Source: a virus
IMG/VR virus record: IMGVR_UViG_3300031963_000013
DNA: 64,000 nt
Direction: 5' to 3' (one strand)
How positions within the stretch are numbered: the first letter of the stretch is position 1; the number at the start of each line of letters is the position of its first letter. The notes below the pieces were generated by a model. The model saw nothing but the letters and a program-made list of their open reading frames with translations, was not told where the DNA came from and did not search any database. Position numbers and translations under genes: made by a program. Positions 1 through 9,326 of this stretch are shown piece after piece.

Positions 1-1260
1 TTCCATCACCTTTACCAAATAGTCCTGTTGTGTTACAGCTCTTGTTTGACTTGCAAAAGAAGCCTGTATGTTTTGTCTTAGTTCGTCTATCGTGTCTCCG
101 TCTCCGCCCCCTGTTGCTGGTTCTGCGTTGTTTACTGCTACTGTGTTGCTAAAGCTTGTATTGACGCCCGTTGTAACTACAGAACTTGGAACGGTTAGTT
201 CGTTTGCTCCAACGTTGTAGGAAGCTCCACCGCCTGCTAAATAAGATATCGTTATAGTTGTGTTAGACGGAGAAAGTCCGTAAGTTTTTGTGGTAACGTA
301 GTTGGTGGGATCAAAAGCGGTGTTTATAGTGTTAGATCCGCTAGTCAAACCAACGCCAACCGTACTAGGGTTTGGTATTACAACAGTATCAGCAACGCTG
401 TTAATGCCTGGACCGAATTCTATCACCAGGTTGTCGTTGCTGGTAAATCTAGTTGTAAACCTTCTATCCACTTTAACCTTTTCAAGTATGTAAGGAACCT
501 GATCGGAGTACTGTGCCAAGTCCGGGTAATTCGCGGCTGTGTTTGCAACTGGATTGTAAATGAAGTCTTGCGCCAAGTAGGGAACTTCGTACCATTTGTT
601 ACCTGAGGAGTCTACAGCGCTAACAACGCCAACTATCTCTATGTCGCTTATTGTTACAGTTTGAAACCTTTGCGCCGAACCAAACGTGAATGCTTGACTC
701 TTGATTTGTCCTGATATAGCGTTTGCTTTCTTCTTTAAAAGGTACTGGGTCGGAGAACCGTCACCAGCTGTGGTATAAACTGTTATCTCTGTTTCATCGA
801 AAGAAGAAGAAGTTCTAAAATCAATTTTTTCGGGAACGTAGAAGTTCACAGAGCTGTTTATGGACGAATTAACAACCATTCCGGGTTGTATAACCAAAGA
901 GTAATCAAAATCAGGGTACTTTAAACTACCGCTCGTTTTAGCTGGAATTACCTGGTACACGTCAAGTCCTGCTATTGCGGCAGAAACAGTTTTGGGCCTG
1001 TAACCCATTGTGTAGGCTAGAGCGAAAAGGTTGTTTTTCTGTTTAGCGTATTGAACGTAAGTTTCTTGCAATTGGTTGTCCAAGTAAAAAGATAGGACGT
1101 CGCCAACGTAAGACGCCATGTTTATGAACATGCTGCCTGGACTGGCTTGTGTAAAGTCGTTATACACAGTTGGGAAATAGGACTTAGCGTACTCTATCAA
1201 ATCTGTTTTAAAAGTTGCAAAGTCCTTATTCAGATATTTTATATCAGGCTTTTTAGTCAT
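1..1260 (-). CDS. T4 gp6-like baseplate wedge subunit (runs off the left edge; missing from the ORF track)
   Basis: ATG at 1260 reads MTKKPDIKYLNKDFATFKTDLIEYAKSYFPTVYNDFTQASPGSMFINMASYVGDVLSFYLDNQLQE..., a typical gp6 N-terminus; directly downstream of gp25. Confidence 0.9.
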   Translation of the reverse strand, partial: MTKKPDIKYLNKDFATFKTDLIEYAKSYFPTVYNDFTQASPGSMFINMASYVGDVLSFYLDNQLQETYVQYAKQKNNLFALAYTMGYRPKTVSAAIAGLDVYQVIPAKTSGSLKYPDFDYSLVIQPGMVVNSSINSSVNFYVPEKIDFRTSSSFDETEITVYTTAGDGSPTQYLLKKKANAISGQIKSQAFTFGSAQRFQTVTISDIEIVGVVSAVDSSGNKWYEVPYLAQDFIYNPVANTAANYPDLAQYSDQVPYILEKVKVDRRFTTRFTSNDNLVIEFGPGINSVADTVVIPNPSTVGVGLTSGSNTINTAFDPTNYVTTKTYGLSPSNTTITISYLAGGGASYNVGANELTVPSSVVTTGVNTSFSNTVAVNNAEPATGGGDGDTIDELRQNIQASFASQTRAVTQQDYLVKVME

Positions 1261-1261
1261 T

Positions 1262-1675
1262 TTACATGTTTTGTATCTGTACTATTACTGTATCGTTTTC
1301 GTTTGAGTTTCTCAATCTATAACTAAAGTCTATAACCACAGAATTTGTTTCGGGTTGTCCTGTAACTACCAAATTTACAACTTCAACGTTTGGAAAATTG
1401 TTCTCTATTTTAGTTGCGATAGACAGCTGTAAAGACTCGAGGTCTCTAACCGCTATCTGTTCAAATATGAAAGATCTAAGTCCAGCGCCAAAGTTTTGAA
1501 TCATTGGCGTTTCCCTAGGATCGGTCAACATGAAGTTTATTAAATTGTATTTAGTCTGTTCTTTGGTTGTATAAACACTGGTAAAAGCGCTTTTGGAAGA
1601 AAAAGGTATCTTTACCCCTATAGCTGTAGAGGGTCTTAGATCAAGCGGCGATATCTGTTTTAGTCCGTAAGCCAT
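1262..1675 (-). CDS. T4 gp25-like baseplate wedge subunit
   Basis: 137 aa, KYNLINFMLTDPRETPMIQNFGAGLRSFIFEQ gp25/GPW pattern; next to gp6. Confidence 0.85.
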   Translation of the reverse strand: MAYGLKQISPLDLRPSTAIGVKIPFSSKSAFTSVYTTKEQTKYNLINFMLTDPRETPMIQNFGAGLRSFIFEQIAVRDLESLQLSIATKIENNFPNVEVVNLVVTGQPETNSVVIDFSYRLRNSNENDTVIVQIQNM

Positions 1676-2130
1676 TATAACAATCCTTTTCTTTTAAGGG
1701 AATCCATCATGCCCGTAAAATCCGGCACCGTATCTATTTGAACCATGTCCATGTTAGAACTGGGAGTTGCGTTCGCTAGCATGTCTTGAACCGATCCAAC
1801 CTTTTCTGTTGGAGCGTAGTTGGAATTATTAAACTTGTGCACATCGTCTGTCGTCATGGATATAGCGGTCTCGTTTAAAAGAGATCCCAAAGGGTTTCTA
1901 GTATCGAACTTTGGGATAGCGGGTTTAACGTCTTCGTTTAGCGTTAGAGGAAACATGGTTTTATTCAGGTTTTCTCTTATATTGTTTTTGTTACCGCTGC
2001 GACCAACTTCTGTGTTTTTCGAAAGAGATTCAGTTAACTCTCTTTTCAAATCAATTAACTGTTCCTTGAGAACGCTTTTTAGCTCTTCTCTAATTATTTT
2101 TCTAAGTGCATTTATAGATGAACTACTCAT
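1675..2130 (-). CDS. Hypothetical late protein, possibly an internal head protein
   Basis: TATTTAT upstream; repeated IRE/LKE/LTE/LNE motifs. Confidence 0.6.
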   Translation of the reverse strand: MSSSSINALRKIIREELKSVLKEQLIDLKRELTESLSKNTEVGRSGNKNNIRENLNKTMFPLTLNEDVKPAIPKFDTRNPLGSLLNETAISMTTDDVHKFNNSNYAPTEKVGSVQDMLANATPSSNMDMVQIDTVPDFTGMMDSLKRKGLL

Positions 2131-2156
2131 ATTGTATAAATATTTAAAATGTGAAT

Positions 2157-3992
2157 TTATGCTTGACTGTTTCTAGGAATTGTGCTAGATAAACGGGAAG
2201 AGTATCTACCAGAAGGATCAGTGTTTGATAAATTACTTCGCAATGTTTGATTGTTTTTTTCTAACATCTTTCTCATCCTCCTTCTTAATCTCTTACCTCC
2301 ATCAAGCTTATTTACAAAAGCATTCAATCCCAAATTGTCTTCGTCTTCGTTTTCGTTGTTGGGACTGTCTAAGTCAAGCGATTGTTGTTCGAAGCTTTCC
2401 CAATTGATGTCGTCTTCGTATAAATAAGCGCTTGTATCGTTTAACAAATTCAGTTCTTCCGAGTTGTAATCTGGTGAAGCGGAGTCTATAACTCCCTTAG
2501 ATTGCAAAAGCAATTTTACCTCTTGTATAATTATTTGATCGTCTGATGCAAACGTTGGATCGCTTTGAACGGTCACCAACCCTCTATTGTTTAGCGCTAC
2601 ACCGTACCTCCTTCTAAGGGATATTGCCTCTTCAACCACCTCTTCTGTTACTATCTGTATGGTAAAGTCTCCAAATCTGTTTTGAGATTTTTTTGTTTTG
2701 TCTTTCTGTTTTTTATTTTCTAAGAACTTATTAAATTCGTCTAAGTCTGACTGTAATCCGTTCTTCACGTCTATCAATTCGTTTAAGACTTCTTTTGGGA
2801 AGTTATCGCAATTTTGTAATGACGTTATTAGGGTTGTTAGCTTCTGTATCACTTCTCCCAAAATAGGTACTAAGGTGTCCAAGAAGATGATAACAAAATT
2901 AAAAAACAAACTCAACTGTTTCAACCTTGTTTCAAAAGTCGAAGCACCCTTGTCTTTTAGGTCTTTTACTATATCTGAAAACGTAGTAGTTATCCCAGTG
3001 GTTGTAAATAGGTTCGCCAAAGGAAGCGCTTTAAAGAACTTTATAAAAACCTTAAATACGCGGATTAACAACAGAGCTATTTTTATCAACAGTTGACCAG
3101 TAGCAATTAAGTTTTTAATGCTATTGCATATGTTCCTTATCTTTACGCAAACTTTTATTATTTTCTTTATTGTAGGTATGGCCTTTGTGGGATCTATTAA
3201 ATCTTGAACTTTTTTTATAGCATCGTTTATTTGACCGTTTATACCCAACAGATTAAGACCTGTGATAACAGAAGCGGGAGTACTCAACGACTCTATTATT
3301 ATGCAATACTGCCTTATTTTGTTTATTGTATTTAAAAGCTTCTGGTAATCTTCGTTGGGTATTTGTCTAAAATCTGTAAATCGATTGTAATATTCGAGCT
3401 TGTCTGTTACAAAGCTTCCAATGTTCCTTAATTGTGGAAAAGCTGTTGTTAGAGTTTGTAAATCCTGATCGCCGAAATTTCCGTCTGCGTTTATAGCGTT
3501 TCTAAAACCGTTTGTCCAAGTAGAAAAAAGACTGTTAATCCTGCCTACAGAATTAAAAAGATTTGTTTTAGACTCGTTGTCAAGGGCATCGTCGTAACCA
3601 GAATAAAAAGTGTCTATTTCTGATCTAACATCGAAAGCGGTTTTTTGAAACCTCCACTTTATTTTTTCAAAGGGATCTTCTGGAACTATCAACGGATTGA
3701 ACTTGGATCCAGCGGGTACTTTGGATATCGCGTAGTTTATTACGTCGCAATAGTCAACCGAATTTATAAGATCTAACACAGGTATAATACCCAAATCAAG
3801 GGGATTCTTAGGAATGTTTTTTCCCTTCACGTAGCTACCGGATTCTATTGGCTTTCCGTAAAAAATCTTGTCCATTCCATCGGTTATGTCTATCATGCTT
3901 AAAGTTCCCCTTAGCACCACTTTTTCAAGTCCCTTTGCTTCTGAGGAGAAATTGGATTTTACTTTATTTTCGTATATTGTTTTTATGGACAC
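2157..3992 (-). CDS. Hypothetical 611-aa helical protein in the baseplate cluster
   Basis: Long ORF in the operon with a hydrophobic helical middle; no family recognised. Confidence 0.6.
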   Translation of the reverse strand: MSIKTIYENKVKSNFSSEAKGLEKVVLRGTLSMIDITDGMDKIFYGKPIESGSYVKGKNIPKNPLDLGIIPVLDLINSVDYCDVINYAISKVPAGSKFNPLIVPEDPFEKIKWRFQKTAFDVRSEIDTFYSGYDDALDNESKTNLFNSVGRINSLFSTWTNGFRNAINADGNFGDQDLQTLTTAFPQLRNIGSFVTDKLEYYNRFTDFRQIPNEDYQKLLNTINKIRQYCIIIESLSTPASVITGLNLLGINGQINDAIKKVQDLIDPTKAIPTIKKIIKVCVKIRNICNSIKNLIATGQLLIKIALLLIRVFKVFIKFFKALPLANLFTTTGITTTFSDIVKDLKDKGASTFETRLKQLSLFFNFVIIFLDTLVPILGEVIQKLTTLITSLQNCDNFPKEVLNELIDVKNGLQSDLDEFNKFLENKKQKDKTKKSQNRFGDFTIQIVTEEVVEEAISLRRRYGVALNNRGLVTVQSDPTFASDDQIIIQEVKLLLQSKGVIDSASPDYNSEELNLLNDTSAYLYEDDINWESFEQQSLDLDSPNNENEDEDNLGLNAFVNKLDGGKRLRRRMRKMLEKNNQTLRSNLSNTDPSGRYSSRLSSTIPRNSQA

Positions 3993-4429
3993 TATTCGGT
4001 AAATGTTTTTTTGGACAAAGAACCATCCAATTTGTTTAAAAAGTTTTGAGACTGTTTGTTGACCTGTTTACCAAAAACCGCTAAAAACGACATGCTAGCT
4101 CCCAGTTCAGGCGTTGGGGCTGTTTTACCCGCTGAAACTTTTGTTAGTAGATCAGACGCGGTTATCAAAGAATTCAAAAAATCTTTCAAATCGTCTACAA
4201 ATTTATCTCCGAGTATGACTCTTTGGTTAGCGTTTAAACTTCCAAGCTTTATGTTAGGAGTATCAACAATGACCGCAGAGGACGCGTCCAAGTTTATGGT
4301 GTTTTGTGAAGATAGGGAAACTGCCTCTTTTGCGAATAGGAATATTGAGTCCTTTCTAGCGTGCAGGTGTAACCTATCCGAAGCTACTATTATTTGATTG
4401 CCTTTGTATGGAAATTCAGGTACGTACAT
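3992..4429 (-). CDS. Putative baseplate spike (gp5 C-terminal-like) protein
   Basis: GNQIIVASDRLHLHARKDSIFLFAKEAVSLSS..INLDA short beta-strand repeats; operon position. Confidence 0.45.
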   Translation of the reverse strand: MYVPEFPYKGNQIIVASDRLHLHARKDSIFLFAKEAVSLSSQNTINLDASSAVIVDTPNIKLGSLNANQRVILGDKFVDDLKDFLNSLITASDLLTKVSAGKTAPTPELGASMSFLAVFGKQVNKQSQNFLNKLDGSLSKKTFTE

Positions 4430-4431
4430 TT

Positions 4432-5337
4432 TTAAACTGTTGCTCTATCTGATTGGTTAGGACTGATTGTGTCTTTGCTAGATTCGACTTTGTATACTTG
4501 AGTAATAGCGTTGTTTTTAATTTGAGTAACGCCAAAGGACTTCAACGGGTATTCGTTAATGCCAGATATGTCTATTTCTTGACCTGAAGTCATCCATATT
4601 GTAGCATCGTCAACGTTAACGTTTTCAACTGTGTTTTCGAAGTAGTCGTTTGTGTTCTGTTTGCCCTGTCCGTTTCTTATTATTGTTATGGGTTTTCCCA
4701 ACTCTCCTGAATTTGACCACGTGTTTAAGTTTCTTGATGCTAACACAGTGCTACTGAACCTAATCGATTGACCGAACCTAGATTCCAGTATCGTGTCCCC
4801 TTCGAAAGGCCGTAAAGCTCTAACGTCTTTTGCTTCTGAGAAAGTAACGCCCAGCGGTAAGGTTGGAAATTCGGTCTCTTGTCTTAAGTTGTTGTTGTAA
4901 TCTTGATTGTTGTAAAAATCTTTCAAATACTCTGCGTATTCCTGCATGTTGGGAAAAGCGTTGTGATTCAGAGAGTTCCACGTTGAATAGGGAGGGAAAT
5001 AGTAGTAGTCTTGTTTTCCAACACCGTCGTTCATTTCTGAACTCGGTCCAGGGACTATTAAAACTATCTCAGAAATTAAAGGATAAAGCTTTATAAAACT
5101 GAATATCGGATAAGCGGGTATTGATATGTTTGCTATTCTTGATTGGTTTAGATTGGTGTACAGTATCTCGTACGTTATCTTTCCAAGGTCTTTTGGTCCT
5201 GTGTAATTGGGATCGGGTTCTCCGTCGTATTTTTCTTTGCCTAACACAACGCTCTTAACTCTACCTATAATGAAATAGGATCCCCTGCTTTCTCCCGCGG
5301 TAGAATCGCTGCTTATGGTGCTTTTGTACTGGGCCAT
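4432..5337 (-). CDS. Putative baseplate hub/spike (gp5 N-terminal-like) protein
   Basis: YPLISEIVLIV..YYY and PFEGDTILESRFGQSIRF motifs resemble a gp5/VgrG OB-fold region; operon position. Confidence 0.45.
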   Translation of the reverse strand: MAQYKSTISSDSTAGESRGSYFIIGRVKSVVLGKEKYDGEPDPNYTGPKDLGKITYEILYTNLNQSRIANISIPAYPIFSFIKLYPLISEIVLIVPGPSSEMNDGVGKQDYYYFPPYSTWNSLNHNAFPNMQEYAEYLKDFYNNQDYNNNLRQETEFPTLPLGVTFSEAKDVRALRPFEGDTILESRFGQSIRFSSTVLASRNLNTWSNSGELGKPITIIRNGQGKQNTNDYFENTVENVNVDDATIWMTSGQEIDISGINEYPLKSFGVTQIKNNAITQVYKVESSKDTISPNQSDRATV

Positions 5338-5338
5338 G

Positions 5339-5698
5339 TTAAGAGCCTATCTGCTTTTGTTGTTTTTTAAAGTCTATAGAAGATACTTCTTCGAAAAGTT
5401 GTTGTATGTCCTTTTCGCTAAGTACTCCAGAGGACGCTTCGTTGTTCTTTTTAGATTCAGAAGACTGCTTAAACAAATTGAGCAACTTAACCAAAAGTTC
5501 GCTATTTTTTGTATTGGACTCCAAAAGATCTGTTATAAACGGTATCATAACAACAGCGTCTCCCGGTCCTTCTATGAATTGAGACAACTTTTTTATCTCG
5601 CTTTGTATGAATTCTTCTTGATTTTTTTGCTTATTATACAGCTCCTCTACCAAATTCTGTATACTTTTACCAGCAAAAACTTCTTTTTCTAGTTCCAT
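5339..5698 (-). CDS. Hypothetical late protein
   Basis: 119-aa helical ORF directly after TATTTAT (5710-5716). Confidence 0.6.
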   Translation of the reverse strand: MELEKEVFAGKSIQNLVEELYNKQKNQEEFIQSEIKKLSQFIEGPGDAVVMIPFITDLLESNTKNSELLVKLLNLFKQSSESKKNNEASSGVLSEKDIQQLFEEVSSIDFKKQQKQIGS

Positions 5699-5717
5699 GG
5701 TGTTTTTTTATAAATAT

Positions 5718-6464
5718 TCAATACTCCATTTCTTGTAGATATTCATTTAAAACGACCTTATACACTGTCTTTAACTTTTTTATCACCCTTGTTATAGTAT
5801 TGGTTTGAACATCTACCATCTCTTTTACGTAAATGTATATCAGCTTTTTATTTGATAGGTCCAAAGTTTTCCTTCTTTCGAATATCTGAATGATCGCCGT
5901 TGCCGCTTTCAGATCGTTGGGAGATTGAAACATGTCGAATACTTCCAAATTCAATTTTTTTATGTACTTGTCAAAAAGCTTTTCGATATCAACGTCAGAA
6001 TTAAAATCAGTGTAAATCAAAGAATTGATAGTTCTTTCTTCGTTGTCGATCTCTTGTATTTCTGCTTTAGCTACCTTTGACTTGTAGTTGTTTTTGTTGT
6101 AATTGATCAAATACCTCTTTACGGCAGTGCCAAAATACGAATACGCCTTTCCATTTTCTTCTTTGTACAGATGGAGTTTTTGCAACAAAAAAGATATCAC
6201 TTCGTACTTTAGATCTTCTATAGAGTCAGTGTCTAAGTGATAGAATTTGAAAGAGTGTATTATGTTTTCTACCAATTTATAGAAAGCATAGTGTATCTTT
6301 TCGTTGTATATCCTATTCCTTTCTGCAAGATCCTCGGTGATTCTATACTCTAAAATCGCTTTTTGGGTATCTTCTGTGAAATAGTTGTTGTTCTTCTTCG
6401 GTTTTCTTTTTCTAACGGTACCTTTTTTTGTAAAAAGCAAATCGTTTTCTTTAATTTCAGTCAT
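5718..6464 (-). CDS. T4 gp55-like late transcription sigma factor
   Basis: NYFTEDTQKAILEY..FYKLVENIIHSFKF..DLKYEVISFLLQKLHLYKEENGKAYSYFGTAVKRYL, matching sigma region 2 of gp55-like proteins. Confidence 0.75.
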   Translation of the reverse strand: MTEIKENDLLFTKKGTVRKRKPKKNNNYFTEDTQKAILEYRITEDLAERNRIYNEKIHYAFYKLVENIIHSFKFYHLDTDSIEDLKYEVISFLLQKLHLYKEENGKAYSYFGTAVKRYLINYNKNNYKSKVAKAEIQEIDNEERTINSLIYTDFNSDVDIEKLFDKYIKKLNLEVFDMFQSPNDLKAATAIIQIFERRKTLDLSNKKLIYIYVKEMVDVQTNTITRVIKKLKTVYKVVLNEYLQEMEY

Positions 6465-6465
6465 G

Positions 6466-6735
6466 TTAATCTAGATACTGTTCTGTAGTTGTTTTTATCT
6501 GTTTGATGTTTTCGAATAAGGATAACAGCTCTGGATCTGATTGCACCCACATTGTTGAATCTATCTTATCAACCAAAGAACAATATTCTTTGTAAAGGTT
6601 GGTAGTCAAAGCTATGTGGTTTTGTTGCTTTATAACAATGTTCTCTAGTTTTTTGTTTTTAGTATATAGGTTGAAGATTATGTAAGCTATAACGCTTACA
6701 ACCCAAATTGATATTGATACTATCAGTGTTGTCAT
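6466..6735 (-). CDS. Small membrane-anchored protein
   Basis: N-terminal hydrophobic helix followed by a coiled coil. Confidence 0.6.
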   Translation of the reverse strand: MTTLIVSISIWVVSVIAYIIFNLYTKNKKLENIVIKQQNHIALTTNLYKEYCSLVDKIDSTMWVQSDPELLSLFENIKQIKTTTEQYLD

Positions 6736-6741
6736 TTTTTT

Positions 6742-7395
6742 TTAATTTTGAGTTTCTACCCGACTCGCCATTAGGTCCGCTTGGTGTAATATGAATGTTA
6801 GATTTGATTTTATTTCGAATTCGTGGTTGTACGTTACGTAGTAGGCTTTGTTACCCTCTTCGTAAAGGCCATCGTGCAACTTTATTGCCAAGTACTCCCT
6901 TTCGTTAACCGCAATACCAGCCTGCTGTAAGTAAAACAGACTTCTGTCAGCGATTCTCATATGAGGAATGTTTGAGTTGTATTTGTAAAGCAAACCTTGT
7001 TTTTCTATCTTCCACGCGTCGTCAACCGGTAAATAGAAGGGTTGTTCGTTTGTACCAAGTTTTCCTAGATCGTGATTGATGGCGCAAAACACAAGTTCTT
7101 CTACAGTGTAATCCTTTTTTTGATTGAATCTGTCCCAAACTTTATCCAAAACTAATGCAGCTTCAACCACTCTGATAACGTGATCAACGTAACCGCCAAT
7201 AAAGCAATTGTGATGAAACACTTTTGAAGACGCTGGTGCTGTCACCAGAGTCAGCTCTATGCTTTTGTAGAAATCTAAGAGATCGTCCTTACGCTTACTA
7301 GAGATGTATTTATCTATTAATTGGTAAAACCTATCTAAGTTGTCTTGTAGCTGTTGCTCGCTAAGCGTTTTTGTTTTGTGTAATGTGTTATGCAT
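6742..7395 (-). CDS. HD-domain phosphohydrolase
   Basis: HH..GGYVDH..NHDLGK..LHDG..HQAD metal ligands; start placed at the GTTATG context (7395) rather than 7425. Confidence 0.8.
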   Translation of the reverse strand: MHNTLHKTKTLSEQQLQDNLDRFYQLIDKYISSKRKDDLLDFYKSIELTLVTAPASSKVFHHNCFIGGYVDHVIRVVEAALVLDKVWDRFNQKKDYTVEELVFCAINHDLGKLGTNEQPFYLPVDDAWKIEKQGLLYKYNSNIPHMRIADRSLFYLQQAGIAVNEREYLAIKLHDGLYEEGNKAYYVTYNHEFEIKSNLTFILHQADLMASRVETQN

Positions 7396-7480
7396 AACTG
7401 TGATTTTATATATAATATTACACAATTTTTTTTAACTCTAATAAAAATTCTTTCTAGTTGCGTTTTAAAACAGCGGTATG

Positions 7481-7831
7481 TTACGATTGCTTGAGAATGT
7501 TGTACATATCCGTTAGAGACAGAACCTGGATTGCTACGCGATCGTCCGCAAGCTTTTTGGTTGGAGTGAAAGACGAGTAGTTGTTTGCAAAATATACTAT
7601 AGTGCTTATTTCTTTGTAAACTGTAAAACCGTTCTTTTCTATGGGCTTTTTCTCTATTATCACAGATATTGGGTACGTGAAAGTGCCAGTGAGCCTTTCC
7701 ATTTCGTCACACACAGCACCGTTTTTGTTGCAGTGCACAACAGTATGCAAAACACCGGCCTCATTGAGTTGGTTAATTAGCGTTTCGCACCTAGTGCAGC
7801 CTTCGAGAGCCAATATCTTGATTTTCTTCAT
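7481..7831 (-). CDS. Glutaredoxin/thioredoxin-fold protein
   Basis: N-terminal CTRC motif and downstream TYP (cis-Pro) motif. Confidence 0.7.
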   Translation of the reverse strand: MKKIKILALEGCTRCETLINQLNEAGVLHTVVHCNKNGAVCDEMERLTGTFTYPISVIIEKKPIEKNGFTVYKEISTIVYFANNYSSFTPTKKLADDRVAIQVLSLTDMYNILKQS

Positions 7832-7997
7832 CTTCTAGTAGTTTATTGTCCAGCTCCAAAAGCAGCGAAAACAGTGTAGCTCTTGTTTCAGGATTAAGTT
7901 TATCAAAGAATTCATCGATGTAATTGTAAAGCACCAACAGATCTTCTTCTGTTATATCCTGCTTTAATTCTTCTAATTTCTCTGCGTTAAATTGCAT
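7791..7997 (-). CDS. Small acidic hypothetical protein
   Basis: First ORF of the leftward operon. Confidence 0.5.
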   Translation of the reverse strand: MQFNAEKLEELKQDITEEDLLVLYNYIDEFFDKLNPETRATLFSLLLELDNKLLEDEENQDIGSRRLH

Positions 7998-8053
7998 AGT
8001 AAGCGCTTAAGGGTTTGTGTTTTTTTTTGATTCCTTTTTGGTAGACTGATTAT

Positions 8054-8240
8054 AACAAATTTCCCTTAGCGGCCTTTATGCCGTCGGGTACACCCGATAT
8101 TAAATTTGTTTTTATTTCGTTTCCCTATTTGTATACCTGACGCCCATTATCGATCGCCTGGTAGCGAAGTTGCTGTTTAGTCTAAAACTCGACCATGGAA
8201 TCACACCAAGCTACGGTATAGAGCCTAAACTTTCGCGTTA
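8054..8240 (-). ncRNA. Candidate structured ncRNA or long 5' leader (alternatively an origin element)
   Basis: GC-richer island with nested stems TATACC/GGTATA, GTAGC/GCTAC and GGCG/CGTC, plus a second multiloop closed by AACAAATTT/AAATTTGTT. Confidence 0.45.
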
Positions 8241-8245
8241 ACGAT

Positions 8246-8253
8246 CAAATATA
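8246..8253 (-). promoter_or_regulatory. Bacteroidota-type -7 promoter box (TAnnTTTG)
   Basis: Minus strand reads TATATTTG just upstream of the structured region; no clear -33 TTTG. Confidence 0.45.
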
Positions 8254-8339
8254 CAAATTAATTTTGAATAAAAAAAATAAATTTCACAATATTTTTAAAT
8301 TTTATACTTTGAAATACATTTTATATATTCACTGTAATT

Positions 8340-9326
8340 ATGAGCGATCAACAGTTAAAAATAAATAGCGACGTTCTTGATAAAGACACACAAAAGTTGG
8401 TATTGGGTGTATTAGAACACAATTTTGGCAAGGCCAAATCTGACAAGAAAGGCAATTACGTCTTCCACTGTCCGTTTTGCAAGCACAAGAAACCCAAGCT
8501 TGTGGTTAACGTAGTCACTGGAAAATACAATTGTTGGACGTGCGAGCCTTCGACCAAGGGAAAGAAGCCAGACACGCTATTGATGAAGCACGGCGCGAAA
8601 AAAGAAGACATACAAGAGATAAGAAGCTACTACAAAATCAAAAGCTTTGCAAAAAACGAAGAGTTTGTAGAGAATGTTGCCGCGCTACCGACTGAATTCC
8701 AGCAACTTCCGCTAAAACCAAAGTCTCTTTTAGAAAAAAAGGCATTGAATTACCTTTTAAAGGAACGAGGTTTAACTGAAACGGACATCATAAAATACAA
8801 CATAGGTTATTGCGAATACGGTAAATATAAGAACAGGGTAGTAATACCATCTTACGATACCAACGGAAAGCTTAACTACTTTGTTGCAAGAGCAATCAGC
8901 GATAAAGAGAGAATGGCTTACGATGGGGCAAGCGTTGACAAGAAAAACATAATAGGCTTTGAGTACTACATCAATTGGAACCTGCCAGTCATACTTTGCG
9001 AGGGCGCATTCGATGCTATAGCCATAAAAAGGAACGCTATACCACTTTTTGGGAAGTCGATATCAAACGCCCTAATGAAGAAGTTGGTAGAATCTAAAGT
9101 AAAAACCGTGTACATAGTATTAGACAATGACGCTTTAAAAAAATCAACCGCGTACGTAGAAGAGTTGATAAGTTACGGTAAAGAAGTGTATCACATCAAC
9201 CTAGAAGACAAAGATCCATCAAAGGTCGGATTCGAGCAAATGATCAAACTTCTGCAAAAAGCGAAACCGATAAAACAGGAGGAATTGCTATTCAAAAAAA
9301 TGCAAATGGCGTTAGCTAATATATGA
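8340..9326 (+). CDS. DNA primase (T4 gp61/DnaG-like)
   Basis: CPFC..CWTC zinc finger; TOPRIM motifs CEGAFDA and LDND. Confidence 0.9.
   Translation: MSDQQLKINSDVLDKDTQKLVLGVLEHNFGKAKSDKKGNYVFHCPFCKHKKPKLVVNVVTGKYNCWTCEPSTKGKKPDTLLMKHGAKKEDIQEIRSYYKIKSFAKNEEFVENVAALPTEFQQLPLKPKSLLEKKALNYLLKERGLTETDIIKYNIGYCEYGKYKNRVVIPSYDTNGKLNYFVARAISDKERMAYDGASVDKKNIIGFEYYINWNLPVILCEGAFDAIAIKRNAIPLFGKSISNALMKKLVESKVKTVYIVLDNDALKKSTAYVEELISYGKEVYHINLEDKDPSKVGFEQMIKLLQKAKPIKQEELLFKKMQMALANI

Noticed and set aside
8054-8240. tRNA
   Set aside because: No TTC-containing T-loop or cloverleaf spacing; no tRNA recognised anywhere in the window
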